Source of the DNA: an uncultured Gemella sp.
GTDB lineage: Bacteria > Bacillota > Bacilli > Staphylococcales > Gemellaceae
Direction: 5' to 3'
Length of the DNA: 64,000 nucleotides
Assembly (NCBI RefSeq): GCF_963525165.1
Contig: NZ_CAURJN010000005.1
Span: 1 to 64,000, forward strand
Made by a program: the position numbers and the translations under genes. This document shows positions 11,173-21,530 of the stretch, piece by piece. Below the pieces are notes generated by a model. That model had not been told where the DNA came from. It made no database searches and saw nothing but the letters and a program-made list of their open reading frames with translations. The first letter of the stretch is position 1; every line of letters starts with the position of its first letter.

Positions 11173-12096
11173 TTAATTATTAATTTGTACCAAAACCTTG
11201 TCTCCAATATTAAATCTTTCTGCTGTTGACATCGTTAAGACTTTTAAAGTATTCCCATCTGGAGTCTCAACTAAATATTCAACTGTAGCTCCTAGATAAG
11301 TTACATCAACAACTTTACTCTCTCCCGAGTTATCTAATTTTATGGATATTTCTTCTGGTCTAATTACCAGGCTTTCATCGATAATATTATTTTCACCTAT
11401 AAAACTCGAGATAAAGCTGTTCTTAGGCTCTTTATAGAGTTCTTCTGGAGTACCTACTTGCTCTATATGTCCTTCATTTATTACGATTACTCGATTAGCA
11501 AGCTTAAAGGCATCCTCTTGATCATGAGTAACTATAATCATTGTAACTCCAAATTGTTTTTGAATTCTTTTAATCTCTTTTCTCATTACATCCCTAAGAT
11601 GCACATCTAGGTTCGATAAAGGTTCATCTAGTAACAACAATTTCGGATTCAGCACCATACTTCTTGCTATAGCAACGCGTTGCTGTTCTCCTCCAGACAA
11701 CTCTTTAATCTTTTTCTTTTCATAGCCCGCTAACCCTACTTTTTCTAGCATATCTCGTGCTCTTTTTTTCCTCATATGCTTATCAATTTTCAATAGTTTC
11801 AGACCATAACTTACATTGTCTATGACATTTTTATGAGTAAATAAGCCATAAGATTGGAATACGGTAGCAATCTCTCTTTTTTCAGGTGGTATATTATTAA
11901 TATTCTCATCGGATAACAATACATCACCTGAAAAATCTGATACGAAGCCTCCTATAATATTTAACAGCGTAGTTTTCCCACATCCAGAGGGCCCTAGTAT
12001 ACAAATCAACTCTCCCTCTTTTATATCAAAACTAATATTCTTTAGAATTTCTTTATCTTTATATTTTTTTGAGATATTTTTTAAACTTAAGTACAT
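11173..12096 (-). CDS. ABC importer ATP-binding subunit (AfuC/FbpC/PotA family)
   Basis: GPSGCGKT, LSGGEQQR, LLLDEP, TOBE-like C-terminus. Confidence 0.9.
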   Translation of the reverse strand: MYLSLKNISKKYKDKEILKNISFDIKEGELICILGPSGCGKTTLLNIIGGFVSDFSGDVLLSDENINNIPPEKREIATVFQSYGLFTHKNVIDNVSYGLKLLKIDKHMRKKRARDMLEKVGLAGYEKKKIKELSGGEQQRVAIARSMVLNPKLLLLDEPLSNLDVHLRDVMRKEIKRIQKQFGVTMIIVTHDQEDAFKLANRVIVINEGHIEQVGTPEELYKEPKNSFISSFIGENNIIDESLVIRPEEISIKLDNSGESKVVDVTYLGATVEYLVETPDGNTLKVLTMSTAERFNIGDKVLVQINN

Positions 12097-12099
12097 ACT

Positions 12100-13698
12100 C
12101 TATCTCCTTCTATTTACTATCAGGTAATACGATATATTTATCACTAAGCATATCATAATTATGTAAAACGCAATAACCGAACCTATGTCGTATTTTCCAC
12201 TTTCTATTACATCAAACATAACTATAGTCGCCACTTTTTGACTAGGATATATTAAGAAAATAATAGACCCAATTGTTGTCATCGTTGCCGTAAAACCATT
12301 AATAAAGCTTATATAAAAACCTTCATAACTCATAGGAAACACAACATCCTTAATCTCATTGAACCTACTTCCTCCTAAGTCCCTCACTGATTTCAACTGG
12401 TCTTCAGACACTTGACTTATAGAGCTATAACCTATTTTTGTGGCAAATGGCATCTGCTTAAACACCAAATTCAATATTACTATTAATGCTGTTCCTGTTA
12501 ATTTCAAAGGATATGAGTTAAAAGCTAATACGTAACCTAGCCCAAAGAATGTACCAGGTAGTATATAAGGTAAAGTCGCTACGAAATCAATCATTTTTAA
12601 GACTTTGACATTTCTTATGTAAATGTAATATTGAAGAACATGACCTACTACCGAAGAAATCAATCCAGCAATAAGTGAATAAATCACACTTCTTACAAAA
12701 ACATCAGTTATATAATCATTAGCATCTATAAAATTCTGCAATGTAAATATTAATTTCCCATATTCCATAGTTGAAAATGCCGAAATAACTATCGCGCTAT
12801 ATAAACTAGCTAACATCAACACAATAATTACAGTAACTATTAAAGAAATATAGTAAATAATACCCGATTTCTTAATATTAGCCTCTAATACACCAACATT
12901 TTTACTACCTAGTGTAGTATTTCTAAAACTCTTAAAGAATATCAAAAATATAAGAAGTGAGGGGATTAGAATAATTAAATTCATTACTACAGCTTTACTA
13001 ATATTTCCTTCAGCAATAAATGATAAATAACCTTCAGTGGCAAGAACATTATACTTACCTCCTATTATAGCCGGTGTTGCAAAATCAGCCATACTCCTTA
13101 AGAATGTCAGCAGAATAACTACTTTAATAACAGGTCTCATTAGCGGAAGAAGAATATCGAGTATTATTCTATTCGTATTTGCACCTAAAGACCTAGCTGA
13201 GTTAATCACACCTTTATCAATCCCTTTTAAAAATCCAACTAAAAGTAAGACATTTATAGAAATATGCGTCACACTTTGCATACTGACAATTCCGAAGAAA
13301 CCATAAGGATCATAATTTAATTTCAGCAGATTGTAACTTATTAAGCCGCGTCTTCCAAATAAATTAATATACGATAATGAAGTTACAAAAGGTGGTGAAA
13401 TCATAGAAATCATAAATATAAACACTATTATATTTTTGAATTTCGATGTTCCGATAAAATAATAAAGTGAAACAGCAACCGATATAAAGACAGTAACTAT
13501 AGTAGTTGCTGATGCTACTTTAACAGTATTTAATAGTAAATGAGAATAACTAGGAAGATTAGTTAGTAACTCAGAAAACAACTCACCTTTATACCCATAA
13601 TTAAAAACAGCAACAAACGGATATAGTACAAAAAGTATAAAAGAAGTAATAATGAGTCCTATGACAATACTGTCAAATAAATTTATTTTTTTAAACAT
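12100..13698 (-). CDS. ABC importer permease, fused two-domain (AfuB/FbpB family)
   Basis: Hydrophobic, with two EAA-like loops (SARSLGA, SVRDLGG); start moved to ATG 13698 after AAGGAG because the ORF-track extension lies in the repeat. Confidence 0.88.
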   Translation of the reverse strand: MFKKINLFDSIVIGLIITSFILFVLYPFVAVFNYGYKGELFSELLTNLPSYSHLLLNTVKVASATTIVTVFISVAVSLYYFIGTSKFKNIIVFIFMISMISPPFVTSLSYINLFGRRGLISYNLLKLNYDPYGFFGIVSMQSVTHISINVLLLVGFLKGIDKGVINSARSLGANTNRIILDILLPLMRPVIKVVILLTFLRSMADFATPAIIGGKYNVLATEGYLSFIAEGNISKAVVMNLIILIPSLLIFLIFFKSFRNTTLGSKNVGVLEANIKKSGIIYYISLIVTVIIVLMLASLYSAIVISAFSTMEYGKLIFTLQNFIDANDYITDVFVRSVIYSLIAGLISSVVGHVLQYYIYIRNVKVLKMIDFVATLPYILPGTFFGLGYVLAFNSYPLKLTGTALIVILNLVFKQMPFATKIGYSSISQVSEDQLKSVRDLGGSRFNEIKDVVFPMSYEGFYISFINGFTATMTTIGSIIFLIYPSQKVATIVMFDVIESGKYDIGSVIAFYIIMICLVINISYYLIVNRRR

Positions 13699-13724
13699 AC
13701 TATCTCCTTTAATATTTTTAAAAT

Positions 13725-13893
13725 GGGAGTGACTCAAAAATCGTGATTTCGTAGAAATCAATTTTGTCGAGTCACCCCCACACAGCTTATTAGTAAAAAG
13801 CTTTTTGAAGCGAATTTAGATATCAATAAACCCACTGCGTCTATGAGTTTTCATGTAAACTATTTTAAAATCTAGTGCTTTTTGGTCAGTCTC
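13725..13893 (+). repeat. MITE-like dispersed repeat, copy 3 (inside ABC operon)
   Basis: Same repeat with a small internal deletion, between the SBP and permease genes. Confidence 0.85.
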
Positions 13894-13902
13894 AATCCAA
13901 TT

Positions 13903-14943
13903 TTATTTATCTCCCACTAATTCTTTCCATTTTTTAAGAATAGCGCTACGTTCATTACCAAATGAAGCTAAATCTTCTTTAAGAAGTCTATCTTTAGGTA
14001 ATCCTAAATCTGCTCCTTTAGAACCATCGATTACCATTTGAGCTCCATCTTTACCATCAAGTTCAGCAATTAGTTGTTGGTTTTCAGGTTTTAAGATAAA
14101 GTCTTCAAATGCTTTAGCTATATCAGTAGCTTGAGAATTTTTAAACATTGCTACACCTTCAGGAATCCAAGGAATACCATCTTCAGGATAAACAACTGTT
14201 AAATTGTGTTTTTTAGCTGCATCAAATGCTGATTTATCAACAGGAATAATACCAATTCCGAATTCCCCTGCAGCTGTTTTTTCTTGTGGATCTTTACCAC
14301 GTTTACTGTAGAAATCAACATTTTTATTGAATGCAGTCCAGTATTCCCAGCCTTTTTCGTTACCTTTTTGTCCTAAAATTCCTGCTACAGCACCGAAGTT
14401 AGTACCAGAAATTGCCGGGTTACTCATTATGATAGTACCTTTGTATTTTGGATCAGTTAAATCTGACCATTTTTTAGGAACTTCTAATCCTTTTTCTTTT
14501 AAGACTTTTTCATTAACTAAAAATCCAACTACAGTAATACCTTTTGATAGCCAGTAATTTTCACTATCTTTGAATCCTTCTTTGATTTTGTCAGAACCTT
14601 TAGCTTCATATTGCTCTAAAAGACCATCTTTTTTAGCAGCCATAAAAGCATCAATTCCTCCACCAAACCAAAGATCTGCCATCGGTTTACCTTCTGCTTT
14701 TGTTCTTGAGATTACCTCTCCACTTGACATAGATAAAAATTCAACTTTACTATTTGTTTCAGCTGCGAATTTATCAAAAAGTTTTTTGTATTTTTCAGAA
14801 GTTGCCACAACATTCATTGTTTTACCACCGAAATCAATTTTACTAGCTTCTTTTTTACTTTCAGTCGCTTGTTTTTGACCACAACCTAATAAAATTAGGG
14901 AAATTGATAAAATAATAGTTAATACTTTTAATATTCTTTTCAT
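13903..14943 (-). CDS. ABC substrate-binding lipoprotein (AfuA/FbpA-like; substrate uncertain)
   Basis: Lipobox LLGC, ADLWFGG, PKKWSDL, NPAISGT, YPEDG. Confidence 0.85.
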   Translation of the reverse strand: MKRILKVLTIILSISLILLGCGQKQATESKKEASKIDFGGKTMNVVATSEKYKKLFDKFAAETNSKVEFLSMSSGEVISRTKAEGKPMADLWFGGGIDAFMAAKKDGLLEQYEAKGSDKIKEGFKDSENYWLSKGITVVGFLVNEKVLKEKGLEVPKKWSDLTDPKYKGTIIMSNPAISGTNFGAVAGILGQKGNEKGWEYWTAFNKNVDFYSKRGKDPQEKTAAGEFGIGIIPVDKSAFDAAKKHNLTVVYPEDGIPWIPEGVAMFKNSQATDIAKAFEDFILKPENQQLIAELDGKDGAQMVIDGSKGADLGLPKDRLLKEDLASFGNERSAILKKWKELVGDK

Positions 14944-14983
14944 ATTTATTGTATCCTTTCTTTAACTATAAGTTTATACAAAA

Positions 14984-15012
14984 ATTATACTAAGAAATAA
15001 AGATACTTTCAA
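14984..15012 (-). promoter_or_regulatory. sigmaA promoter of the ABC operon
   Basis: TTGAAA-17-TATAAT on the minus strand. Confidence 0.7.
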
Positions 15013-15077
15013 CCTGTCCAGGCTCACTTGATTTTTATTATTTTAACATTTTTATATAAACATTCTAATTATCTTTT

Positions 15078-15097
15078 AAAGTGTTATATAACTATTT
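15078..15097. promoter_or_regulatory. Candidate operator AAAGTGTTATATAACTATTT
   Basis: Palindromic core GTTATATAAC; identical 20-mer at 57856-57875. Confidence 0.55.
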
Positions 15098-15133
15098 TTA
15101 CAATATTTGTATAATTAGAATAATAAAAATTTT

Positions 15134-16279
15134 TTATTCTATTCCGTACTTCTCTTTAATTGCATCTGCCACAATCATCCCTGTGAACCAGGCAACCATA
15201 AGATTATAACCTCCAATTTCTCCATGTAAATCTAGAATTTCTCCTGCAAAATATAAATTCTCTATTTTTTTATGACTACATGTCTTCGGATTTACTACTT
15301 TAAGATCTACTCCACCTGCTGTAGTAAAGGCATATTCTAATGGCATCGTCATAACATCAACCAATTCATAGCGCTTGATTTTCGTTACAAATTTTCTTAA
15401 CTCTTTTTTACTAACATTTTCTGGGAAATATTTTTCAATCATGAAGTTATAAAAACTCTTTGGCAATTTTCCTTGTAAGAATTTGTTATCTTCCCATAGC
15501 TTCGCAAAAAGTTCTTCCTCATTAAGGTCAGGATAAAAGTCTAGATAAAATTTATCTTCTAGATAACGAGCCACAAATTCTCCCATAGAAATTGATAAAG
15601 GTCCACTTAATCCTTTATGCGTGAATAGAAGGTCCCCGCTTCTTTCATTTTTCTTATGGAACATTCTTACATTTTGCAATGCAACTCCAGATAATTCTCT
15701 AAAGTCTTCAAAAACTAAGGCTACTTCACTAGGGTATATTTTAGTAATCTTCACACCATGTTTTTTCAGAATTCTATGTAATGAACCATCACTTCCACTC
15801 TGAGGGTATGTTTTCCCTCCAGCACAGACTACGATATTCTTTCCGTAATACGTATCAACATTTGTTTTTACACCAACTAGTTTATCATCTTCGAATACCA
15901 AGTCTTCCACTTTTTCTTTATAGTTAATCTTCGCGTGATCTATTTTAAACGCATTAACAACATCCCTAGACTTTTCACTAGCTGGATATAATCTTCTATT
16001 TTCTTGTTTTAATTTCAAATTATGTTTATCAAAGAACTTCTTAACATTGTATTTATGATATGCACTTCTTAAAAATCTACCATTATGCACTGCCGCGACA
16101 AAATCTTCAGCATTGTCGCTACTCATAACATTACAACGACCATTCCCTGTTAAAAGAAGTTTTATTCCTGCACGTCTATTTTGCTCAAGAACTAATACTT
16201 TCAAACCACTATCATTAAGTCTATCCGCTATCATAAGCCCTGCACTACCAAGACCTATCACAATCACATCGTATTTCAT
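15134..16279 (-). CDS. BaiN/HI0933-family flavoprotein
   Basis: IGLGSAG, KLLLTGNGRCN, GGKTYPQSGSDG, TAGGV, GEILDLHGEIGGYN; start at MKYD after GAGG. Confidence 0.9.
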   Translation of the reverse strand: MKYDVIVIGLGSAGLMIADRLNDSGLKVLVLEQNRRAGIKLLLTGNGRCNVMSSDNAEDFVAAVHNGRFLRSAYHKYNVKKFFDKHNLKLKQENRRLYPASEKSRDVVNAFKIDHAKINYKEKVEDLVFEDDKLVGVKTNVDTYYGKNIVVCAGGKTYPQSGSDGSLHRILKKHGVKITKIYPSEVALVFEDFRELSGVALQNVRMFHKKNERSGDLLFTHKGLSGPLSISMGEFVARYLEDKFYLDFYPDLNEEELFAKLWEDNKFLQGKLPKSFYNFMIEKYFPENVSKKELRKFVTKIKRYELVDVMTMPLEYAFTTAGGVDLKVVNPKTCSHKKIENLYFAGEILDLHGEIGGYNLMVAWFTGMIVADAIKEKYGIE

Positions 16280-16412
16280 CTTAAACCTCAACTTTCTCTT
16301 AATTTAATCAAATATCATCTAAATTATAACATGTAATCAGATACTTTCAAATTTTTCTACGTCGAACTTAATCTCACACCTCATAATTTCAATGAAAATT
16401 CAGGGGAATTCC

Positions 16413-16531
16413 CAACTTAAATTCCAGTTTTTTATTTGAGCTGGAATTTACTTTAGGAAGTAACAGAAAAATTAGTTGCAACTTAAATCCCAATTTTTGC
16501 TTTGCGCTGGAGTTTACTTTGGGAAGCAACA
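16413..16531. repeat. Two imperfect tandem copies of a ~53-bp unit (66-bp period) with internal palindrome
   Basis: CAACTTAAAT.CCA.TTTT...TTTG.GCTGGA.TTTACTTT.GGAAG.AACA at 16413 and 16479. Confidence 0.7.
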
Positions 16532-16675
16532 CAATTAAAAATTCTAAAATTTGCTTCCTTCTTATTGGAATTTTTCCTTATTTTGTAATATACTAAAAGG
16601 TATGTGTTTAAATGGAATTTTAATTTTATGTTAATATTCTAAATTAGACAATTTTAAAATAAAGGATTTTAAATA

Positions 16676-17875
16676 ATGAGATTGAAAAAAATTAGCATTT
16701 TGATTTTACTTCTTGTATTTTTAGTTCCAAACTTCACAAAAGCTGATGATGTCTTTTTAGATAATAACGCAGTAACAAATTTAAGCGATGTTAATGCTCA
16801 TCTTGTAGTTTCGGAATTAAACACGGGGAAAATCATTTCTAAACGTGGAGAAAATGAAAAAGTATCTGTAGGTAAATTACCAAACTATCTTGCACTTTAC
16901 CTGCTTACTGATAATTTGAAAAATAAAAAAATAACTTTAGACGAAAAAATTAATATTACAACCAGCGATGACATTCTTTCTAAATACAAAATAGAATCAT
17001 CAATTACAGTTAAAGATGCAATCTTCCTATTAGAAAATGAAAATTCTAATAGTCTTAATCAAGCTATATTCGCTCACTTTAACATAACTCTTGATAAAGC
17101 TAAGGACATATTAGCTTCTATGTCACTAAATGACACAAAATTAGAATCACTAGATAACAACGGAAATAATACTAGTACTGCGAAGAATATCTCTTACATT
17201 ACTAGTTTAATTCTAAAAAATTATCCTGAGATTACAGAAATTACAAAAAATCCAGAACATACTTTAGCATCTGGAGAAAAAATTAACAATAGTATTGAGT
17301 TTAAAGAATCAGATAAGTTTAGAGTTTTAGGTTTAGATTACTCTGATAAAAATAGCGTAACTTACGCGTACAGTGGTAATACTAAATTAATTATCACCGT
17401 ATTAAACCAAAGCGATGATAAAGCTACTTATTTTGATAAGCTTCAAAAAACTTACGATTACCTATTCTCAAACTACAACTACAAACTTGCCCTTAAAGCA
17501 GGAACATATACTATAAACAATGAACGTATTACTTTTAACGAAGATATTTACGACTTATTCTATGAGAAACATTCTATTAAGGATGTAACATATCTTCTTA
17601 TGAATAAAAAAATACTTTTATTCCAAAAATACGGAACAATATCAGCAAACGAAGGGACAGTTTTCTCTGAATTCACTTCTAATGATAATATAGGAAATCT
17701 AGCAAAAATCAAATCAAACTTCATCAATGATTATAACTTTGATAAAAAAAATAATTATGAAAAAACTACTATCGTTATAGATCGTACGAAGTACTTCGCT
17801 ACGGGTATACTTGCAATATATACACTTGTTTTTGCAGCGCTATACGTTATGAGACAAGTTGTTAGAAAGGATTAA
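16676..17875 (+). CDS. D-Ala-D-Ala carboxypeptidase (S11)-like membrane protein, probably catalytically degenerate
   Basis: Signal peptide, ELNTGKII, ITVKDAIFLL, STAKNIS, ILKNYPEI, C-terminal TM; catalytic motifs not recognisable in register. Confidence 0.6.
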   Translation: MRLKKISILILLLVFLVPNFTKADDVFLDNNAVTNLSDVNAHLVVSELNTGKIISKRGENEKVSVGKLPNYLALYLLTDNLKNKKITLDEKINITTSDDILSKYKIESSITVKDAIFLLENENSNSLNQAIFAHFNITLDKAKDILASMSLNDTKLESLDNNGNNTSTAKNISYITSLILKNYPEITEITKNPEHTLASGEKINNSIEFKESDKFRVLGLDYSDKNSVTYAYSGNTKLIITVLNQSDDKATYFDKLQKTYDYLFSNYNYKLALKAGTYTINNERITFNEDIYDLFYEKHSIKDVTYLLMNKKILLFQKYGTISANEGTVFSEFTSNDNIGNLAKIKSNFINDYNFDKKNNYEKTTIVIDRTKYFATGILAIYTLVFAALYVMRQVVRKD

Positions 17876-17877
17876 AT

Positions 17878-18165
17878 ATGGAGCAAAACAATTTAGTTTT
17901 CGAAGTTGAAGGAACTATTTATGAGCTTATCTACAACTTTAAAGATGCATTCCAAAAAGAAACATTTGAAGAAAAACTAGTAGATGTGTTAAAAAATAAA
18001 CCATATATCGTAGGAGATATTTCTCACGAAAAACTACGACTAACAGGATTTATTTTAACAAAAGATAGCAACAATCCGAAGAATATCAATAATCTTGAAG
18101 ATTATATATTAGAATACATTAATTTCGGAGCACCTTTCTTCGTCGTTAAAAAACGAAATTCATAA
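17878..18165 (+). CDS. YutD family protein
   Basis: YIVGD..EKLRLTGF, LEDYILEYINFGAPFF. Confidence 0.85.
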   Translation: MEQNNLVFEVEGTIYELIYNFKDAFQKETFEEKLVDVLKNKPYIVGDISHEKLRLTGFILTKDSNNPKNINNLEDYILEYINFGAPFFVVKKRNS

Positions 18166-18169
18166 TAAC

Positions 18170-18254
18170 AAAACCTAAGATGAGTCGATGCTATGCATCC
18201 TTTTACTGGCTTGCCCAGAATTTCGGTGCACATTGCATCCTCACCTTAGGTTTT
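18170..18254. terminator. Long rod-like hairpin between convergent genes (bidirectional terminator or structured element)
   Basis: AAAACCTAAGATGAG...CTCACCTTAGGTTTT outer stem; inner GATGC/GCATC, TGCA/TGCA and CTGG/CCAG pairings. Confidence 0.55.
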
Positions 18255-18257
18255 CTT

Positions 18258-19274
18258 TTATATAAACTTAGCACAAACCGCCTCAGGTACAACTACCTCA
18301 GAAGCAACAACAGTTAGCTCTCCTGTTTTCTTGTCAACAGTGTACACAGTAATTGTTCCACTATTTTCATTTGTCGCAATTGCTAAAGTATTATCTTTTG
18401 ATAGGTCAAAATCTCTTGGGCCTTGCCCTTCAGTACTAATAGTTTGAAGTTGTTTTAAGCCTGATTCTGTATTTTCAAAAACAACTATCGCATCTTGTCC
18501 TCTATTAGAAACATAGATAAATCTATTATCATTTGAAATTTTTATCGCACTTCCTTTATTTTCTAATGAAAAACCTTCAGGTAATGTAGAATAATATGTT
18601 GGATTTGTTAAGTTCCCCTCTCCATCATAATCAAAAGCAATTACCTCACTAGTAAGTTCTGTCATAACAAAAGCTTGTTTTTGATCACTACTAAATACTA
18701 TGTGACGAACTCCACTTCCATCTTTAGCTTTAAAAGTAGCTACTTTTTCTAAAACTCCTTCATTAAGCTTATACGATGTAATTTCATCAGTCCCTAAATC
18801 ACATGAGAAGACATATTTTTCACTTGGGGTAAATCCTGAAAAATGCACATGAGGTTTCTCTTGTCTTTCGTGTACTCCACTTCCTTCGTGATGATCTGTT
18901 GACAAGAGTTTTACAAGCTCACCATTTTCAACAGCATAACTATCAATCGTACCTAAATGATAGTTCGCTGATAGTAAAGTATTTTTATCCGAATTTAACT
19001 CTACGTAACAAGGAGGATTCCCTTCTTGAGCAACTGATGTTAATTCTTTCAAAGTTCCATTTTCTTCAACTTCAAAGCTTGTAACAGCACCTTTTCCATC
19101 TACTCTTGATACACTATATAAATATTTATTATCATTAGACAATGCTAAATACGTTGGATTGTCAACTTTTGCTACATTTCTAACTTCTAGTACTTTCCCT
19201 TCTTCAGATAACTCAACTAAGTATATTCCTTCGCTAGTTACTTTGGTATATGTTCCAATATATGCTCCTACCAT
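18258..19274 (-). CDS. pgl: 6-phosphogluconolactonase (beta-propeller, YkgB type)
   Basis: YIGTYT, NPTYL, ANYH, RQEKPHVH, CDLGTD, YVSNRG, PRDF. Confidence 0.9.
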   Translation of the reverse strand: MVGAYIGTYTKVTSEGIYLVELSEEGKVLEVRNVAKVDNPTYLALSNDNKYLYSVSRVDGKGAVTSFEVEENGTLKELTSVAQEGNPPCYVELNSDKNTLLSANYHLGTIDSYAVENGELVKLLSTDHHEGSGVHERQEKPHVHFSGFTPSEKYVFSCDLGTDEITSYKLNEGVLEKVATFKAKDGSGVRHIVFSSDQKQAFVMTELTSEVIAFDYDGEGNLTNPTYYSTLPEGFSLENKGSAIKISNDNRFIYVSNRGQDAIVVFENTESGLKQLQTISTEGQGPRDFDLSKDNTLAIATNENSGTITVYTVDKKTGELTVVASEVVVPEAVCAKFI

Positions 19275-19430
19275 TATTTTTCCTCCTACTTTCTATAAAC
19301 TTATTATAACATTTTCAAAAAAAATTTAATAAAATTTTCTCTCACCTATAATTCGTATAAATCAAAATTTTCATTTTTTTTGAAAAACTAAAATCTTATT
19401 TCGCGAATTTTTTATCCTTTTTGTAAACTT

Positions 19431-19442
19431 AAAGTTCGTTTT
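19431..19442 (-). promoter_or_regulatory. PurBox-like site upstream of guaA
   Basis: AAAACGAACTTT matches the CGAAC-centred PurR box. Confidence 0.45.
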
Positions 19443-19577
19443 TAACTATTTTTTCGTTAAAATATCAATATTCTGTCAAAAAAATCCACGAAATTTCTAA
19501 CATTTAAGATTTTACATATCTTCAACTTCTTGATATAATAATTTATATTAATAAAAGTATATTTTAGGAGGAAAAAC

Positions 19578-21122
19578 GTGAAACACGAATTTATATTAGT
19601 TCTTGACTTCGGTAGTCAATATAACCAACTTATCACTCGTCGTGTACGTGAACTTGGTGTTTATTCTGAGCTACATGACAATGAAATTTCTATTGAAGAA
19701 ATTAAAAAAATGAACCCTAAAGGGATTATCCTTTCAGGTGGACCTAACTCAGTATATGAAGAAAACTCTCTTACAATTGATGACGAGATTTTCAACCTAG
19801 GTATTCCTGTATTAGGAATTTGTTACGGAATGCAACTTATGCAACACAAACTAGGAGGAAAAGTAGAATCTGCTACAAGTAGAGAATACGGAGCTCACAA
19901 TGTTGATGTAGTTTCAGGAGCTAAATTATTCGAGGGTACTCCTACAACTCAACAAGTATTAATGAGTCACTCTGATAAAGTTGTTGAACTTGCTGAAGGA
20001 TTCAAAGTAGTAGCGACAAGCGATAACTGTCCAATCGCTGCTGCTGAAAACGTAGAAAAAGACTTTTACTGCTTCCAATTCCATCCAGAAGTACGTCACT
20101 CAGAATACGGTTATGACTTAATTAAAAACTTCATTCGTAATGTATGTAAATGTACTGAAAACTGGACTATCCAAAACTTCATCGATGAAAAAATTGAGGA
20201 AATCCGTGCAGAAGTTGGAGATCAAAAAGTTCTTTGTGCATTATCTGGTGGTGTAGACTCATCAGTTGTTGCAGCCCTATTAGATAAAGCAATCGGAGAT
20301 CAACTAATCTGTATGTTTATCGATCACGGTTTACTTCGTAAAGGTGAAGCTGAAGCTGTAATGAACACATTCAGTAAAGAAATCGAAGGTGGATTCAACA
20401 TGAATCTAATCAAAGTCGATGCCAAAGATAGATTCCTTGGAAAACTTAAAGGTGTAAGTGATCCAGAACAAAAACGTAAAATCATCGGTAATGAATTCGT
20501 TTATGTATTTGATGAAGAATGTGCTAAACTTCACGACGTACCATTCTTAGCTCAAGGTACTCTTTACACTGACGTTATCGAATCAGGAACTAAGAATGCA
20601 CAAACAATCAAATCACACCACAACGTAGGTGGATTACCAGAAGACATGCGTTTTTCTCTAATCGAGCCACTTAATACTTTATTCAAAGATGAGGTTCGTG
20701 CATTAGGTGAAGCTCTTGGTCTTCCTCACGAAATCGTTTGGCGTCAACCATTCCCAGGACCAGGACTTGGTATTCGTGTTCTTGGAGAAGTAACAGAAGA
20801 AAAACTTCAAATCGTTCGTGACAGTGACTTCATCTTACGTGATGTTATCGCTAAACGTGGATTAGAAGGAGAAATCTGGCAATACTTCACATGTCTTCCA
20901 GATATTCGCTCAGTAGGAGTTATGGGAGATGTTCGTACATATGATTACACAGTTGCAGTTCGTGCCGTAACAAGTATCGACGGTATGACAGCAAGCTGGG
21001 CTCACATTCCATTTGAAGTACTTGAAGAAATCTCAGCTCGTATCGTAAACGAAGTTGCTCACGTTAACCGCGTAGTCTATGATATTACAAGTAAGCCTCC
21101 GGCAACAATTGAGTGGGAATAG
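19578..21122 (+). CDS. guaA: GMP synthase (glutamine-hydrolysing)
   Basis: [45 protein letters not shown]. Confidence 0.98.
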   Translation: MKHEFILVLDFGSQYNQLITRRVRELGVYSELHDNEISIEEIKKMNPKGIILSGGPNSVYEENSLTIDDEIFNLGIPVLGICYGMQLMQHKLGGKVESATSREYGAHNVDVVSGAKLFEGTPTTQQVLMSHSDKVVELAEGFKVVATSDNCPIAAAENVEKDFYCFQFHPEVRHSEYGYDLIKNFIRNVCKCTENWTIQNFIDEKIEEIRAEVGDQKVLCALSGGVDSSVVAALLDKAIGDQLICMFIDHGLLRKGEAEAVMNTFSKEIEGGFNMNLIKVDAKDRFLGKLKGVSDPEQKRKIIGNEFVYVFDEECAKLHDVPFLAQGTLYTDVIESGTKNAQTIKSHHNVGGLPEDMRFSLIEPLNTLFKDEVRALGEALGLPHEIVWRQPFPGPGLGIRVLGEVTEEKLQIVRDSDFILRDVIAKRGLEGEIWQYFTCLPDIRSVGVMGDVRTYDYTVAVRAVTSIDGMTASWAHIPFEVLEEISARIVNEVAHVNRVVYDITSKPPATIEWE

Positions 21123-21211
21123 ATTACAAATATAATTTGAATGGAGAATCCTAATTTAACTGCGTTTTTAGTTGTTATAAATGTTGCAAATCTATTTAAT
21201 TCAATTAGGTT

Positions 21212-21247
21212 CCCCACCAAAAACCCCACCAAAAATTATTGGTGGGG
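21212..21247. repeat. Putative integrase arm-binding repeats (left end), also forming a terminator-like hairpin
   Basis: CCCCACCAA at 21212 and 21224, inverted at 21239; same 12-bp-period pair at 33486/33498. Confidence 0.7.
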
Positions 21248-21299
21248 TCTTTTTATTAAAATCTTTGATTTCTTACCTTATCTATGCTAAAATATAAAT

Positions 21300-21395
21300 A
21301 TAAAAAAGAGAGAGCCGTTTTAAAGACGGTGGCTCTGGTTTAGTTATTATATAACCATCTTACCTTGCCAAAGTATAAAGATGGTTATTTTTTAT
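21300..21395 (+). ncRNA. Putative antisense antitoxin RNA of the type I TA locus
   Basis: TTGATT(21265)-17-TGcTAAAAT(21288) promoter; AGAGCC...GGCTCT hairpin; terminator ATAACCATCTT...AAGATGGTTAT-T tract overlapping the toxin stop. Confidence 0.65.
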
Positions 21396-21489
21396 TGTCT
21401 TTTTTTAATGCTACAATACATGCACTAACTACTGAAACAATCAATAGATTTATTCCAATAATCGTCTGTACAATTTCGTAAGCTGACAA
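21385..21489 (-). CDS. Holin-like type I toxin peptide, 34 aa MSAYEIVQTIIGINLLIVSVVSACIVALKKDNKK
   Basis: SD AAAGGAG, TTG start, single TM helix with Lys-rich tail; own promoter TTGATT(21634-39)-17-TGaTATAAT(21611-16); missing from the ORF track. Confidence 0.75.
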   Translation of the reverse strand: MSAYEIVQTIIGINLLIVSVVSACIVALKKDNKK

Positions 21490-21530
21490 CTTGCTACTCC
21501 TTTCATCAAGATTTTAGTGTATGCGAGCAT
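21450..21530 (-). CDS. Putative 26-aa leader peptide overlapping the toxin start in another frame
   Basis: SD AGAAAGGGG, ATG; MLAYTKILMKGVASCQLTKLYRRLLE. Confidence 0.4.
   Translation of the reverse strand: MLAYTKILMKGVASCQLTKLYRRLLE

Noticed and set aside
19340..19570. Purine riboswitch upstream of guaA (TCGTATAA seed)
   Set aside because: The downstream ATATGG / GTTTCTACC / CCGTAAA core is absent.
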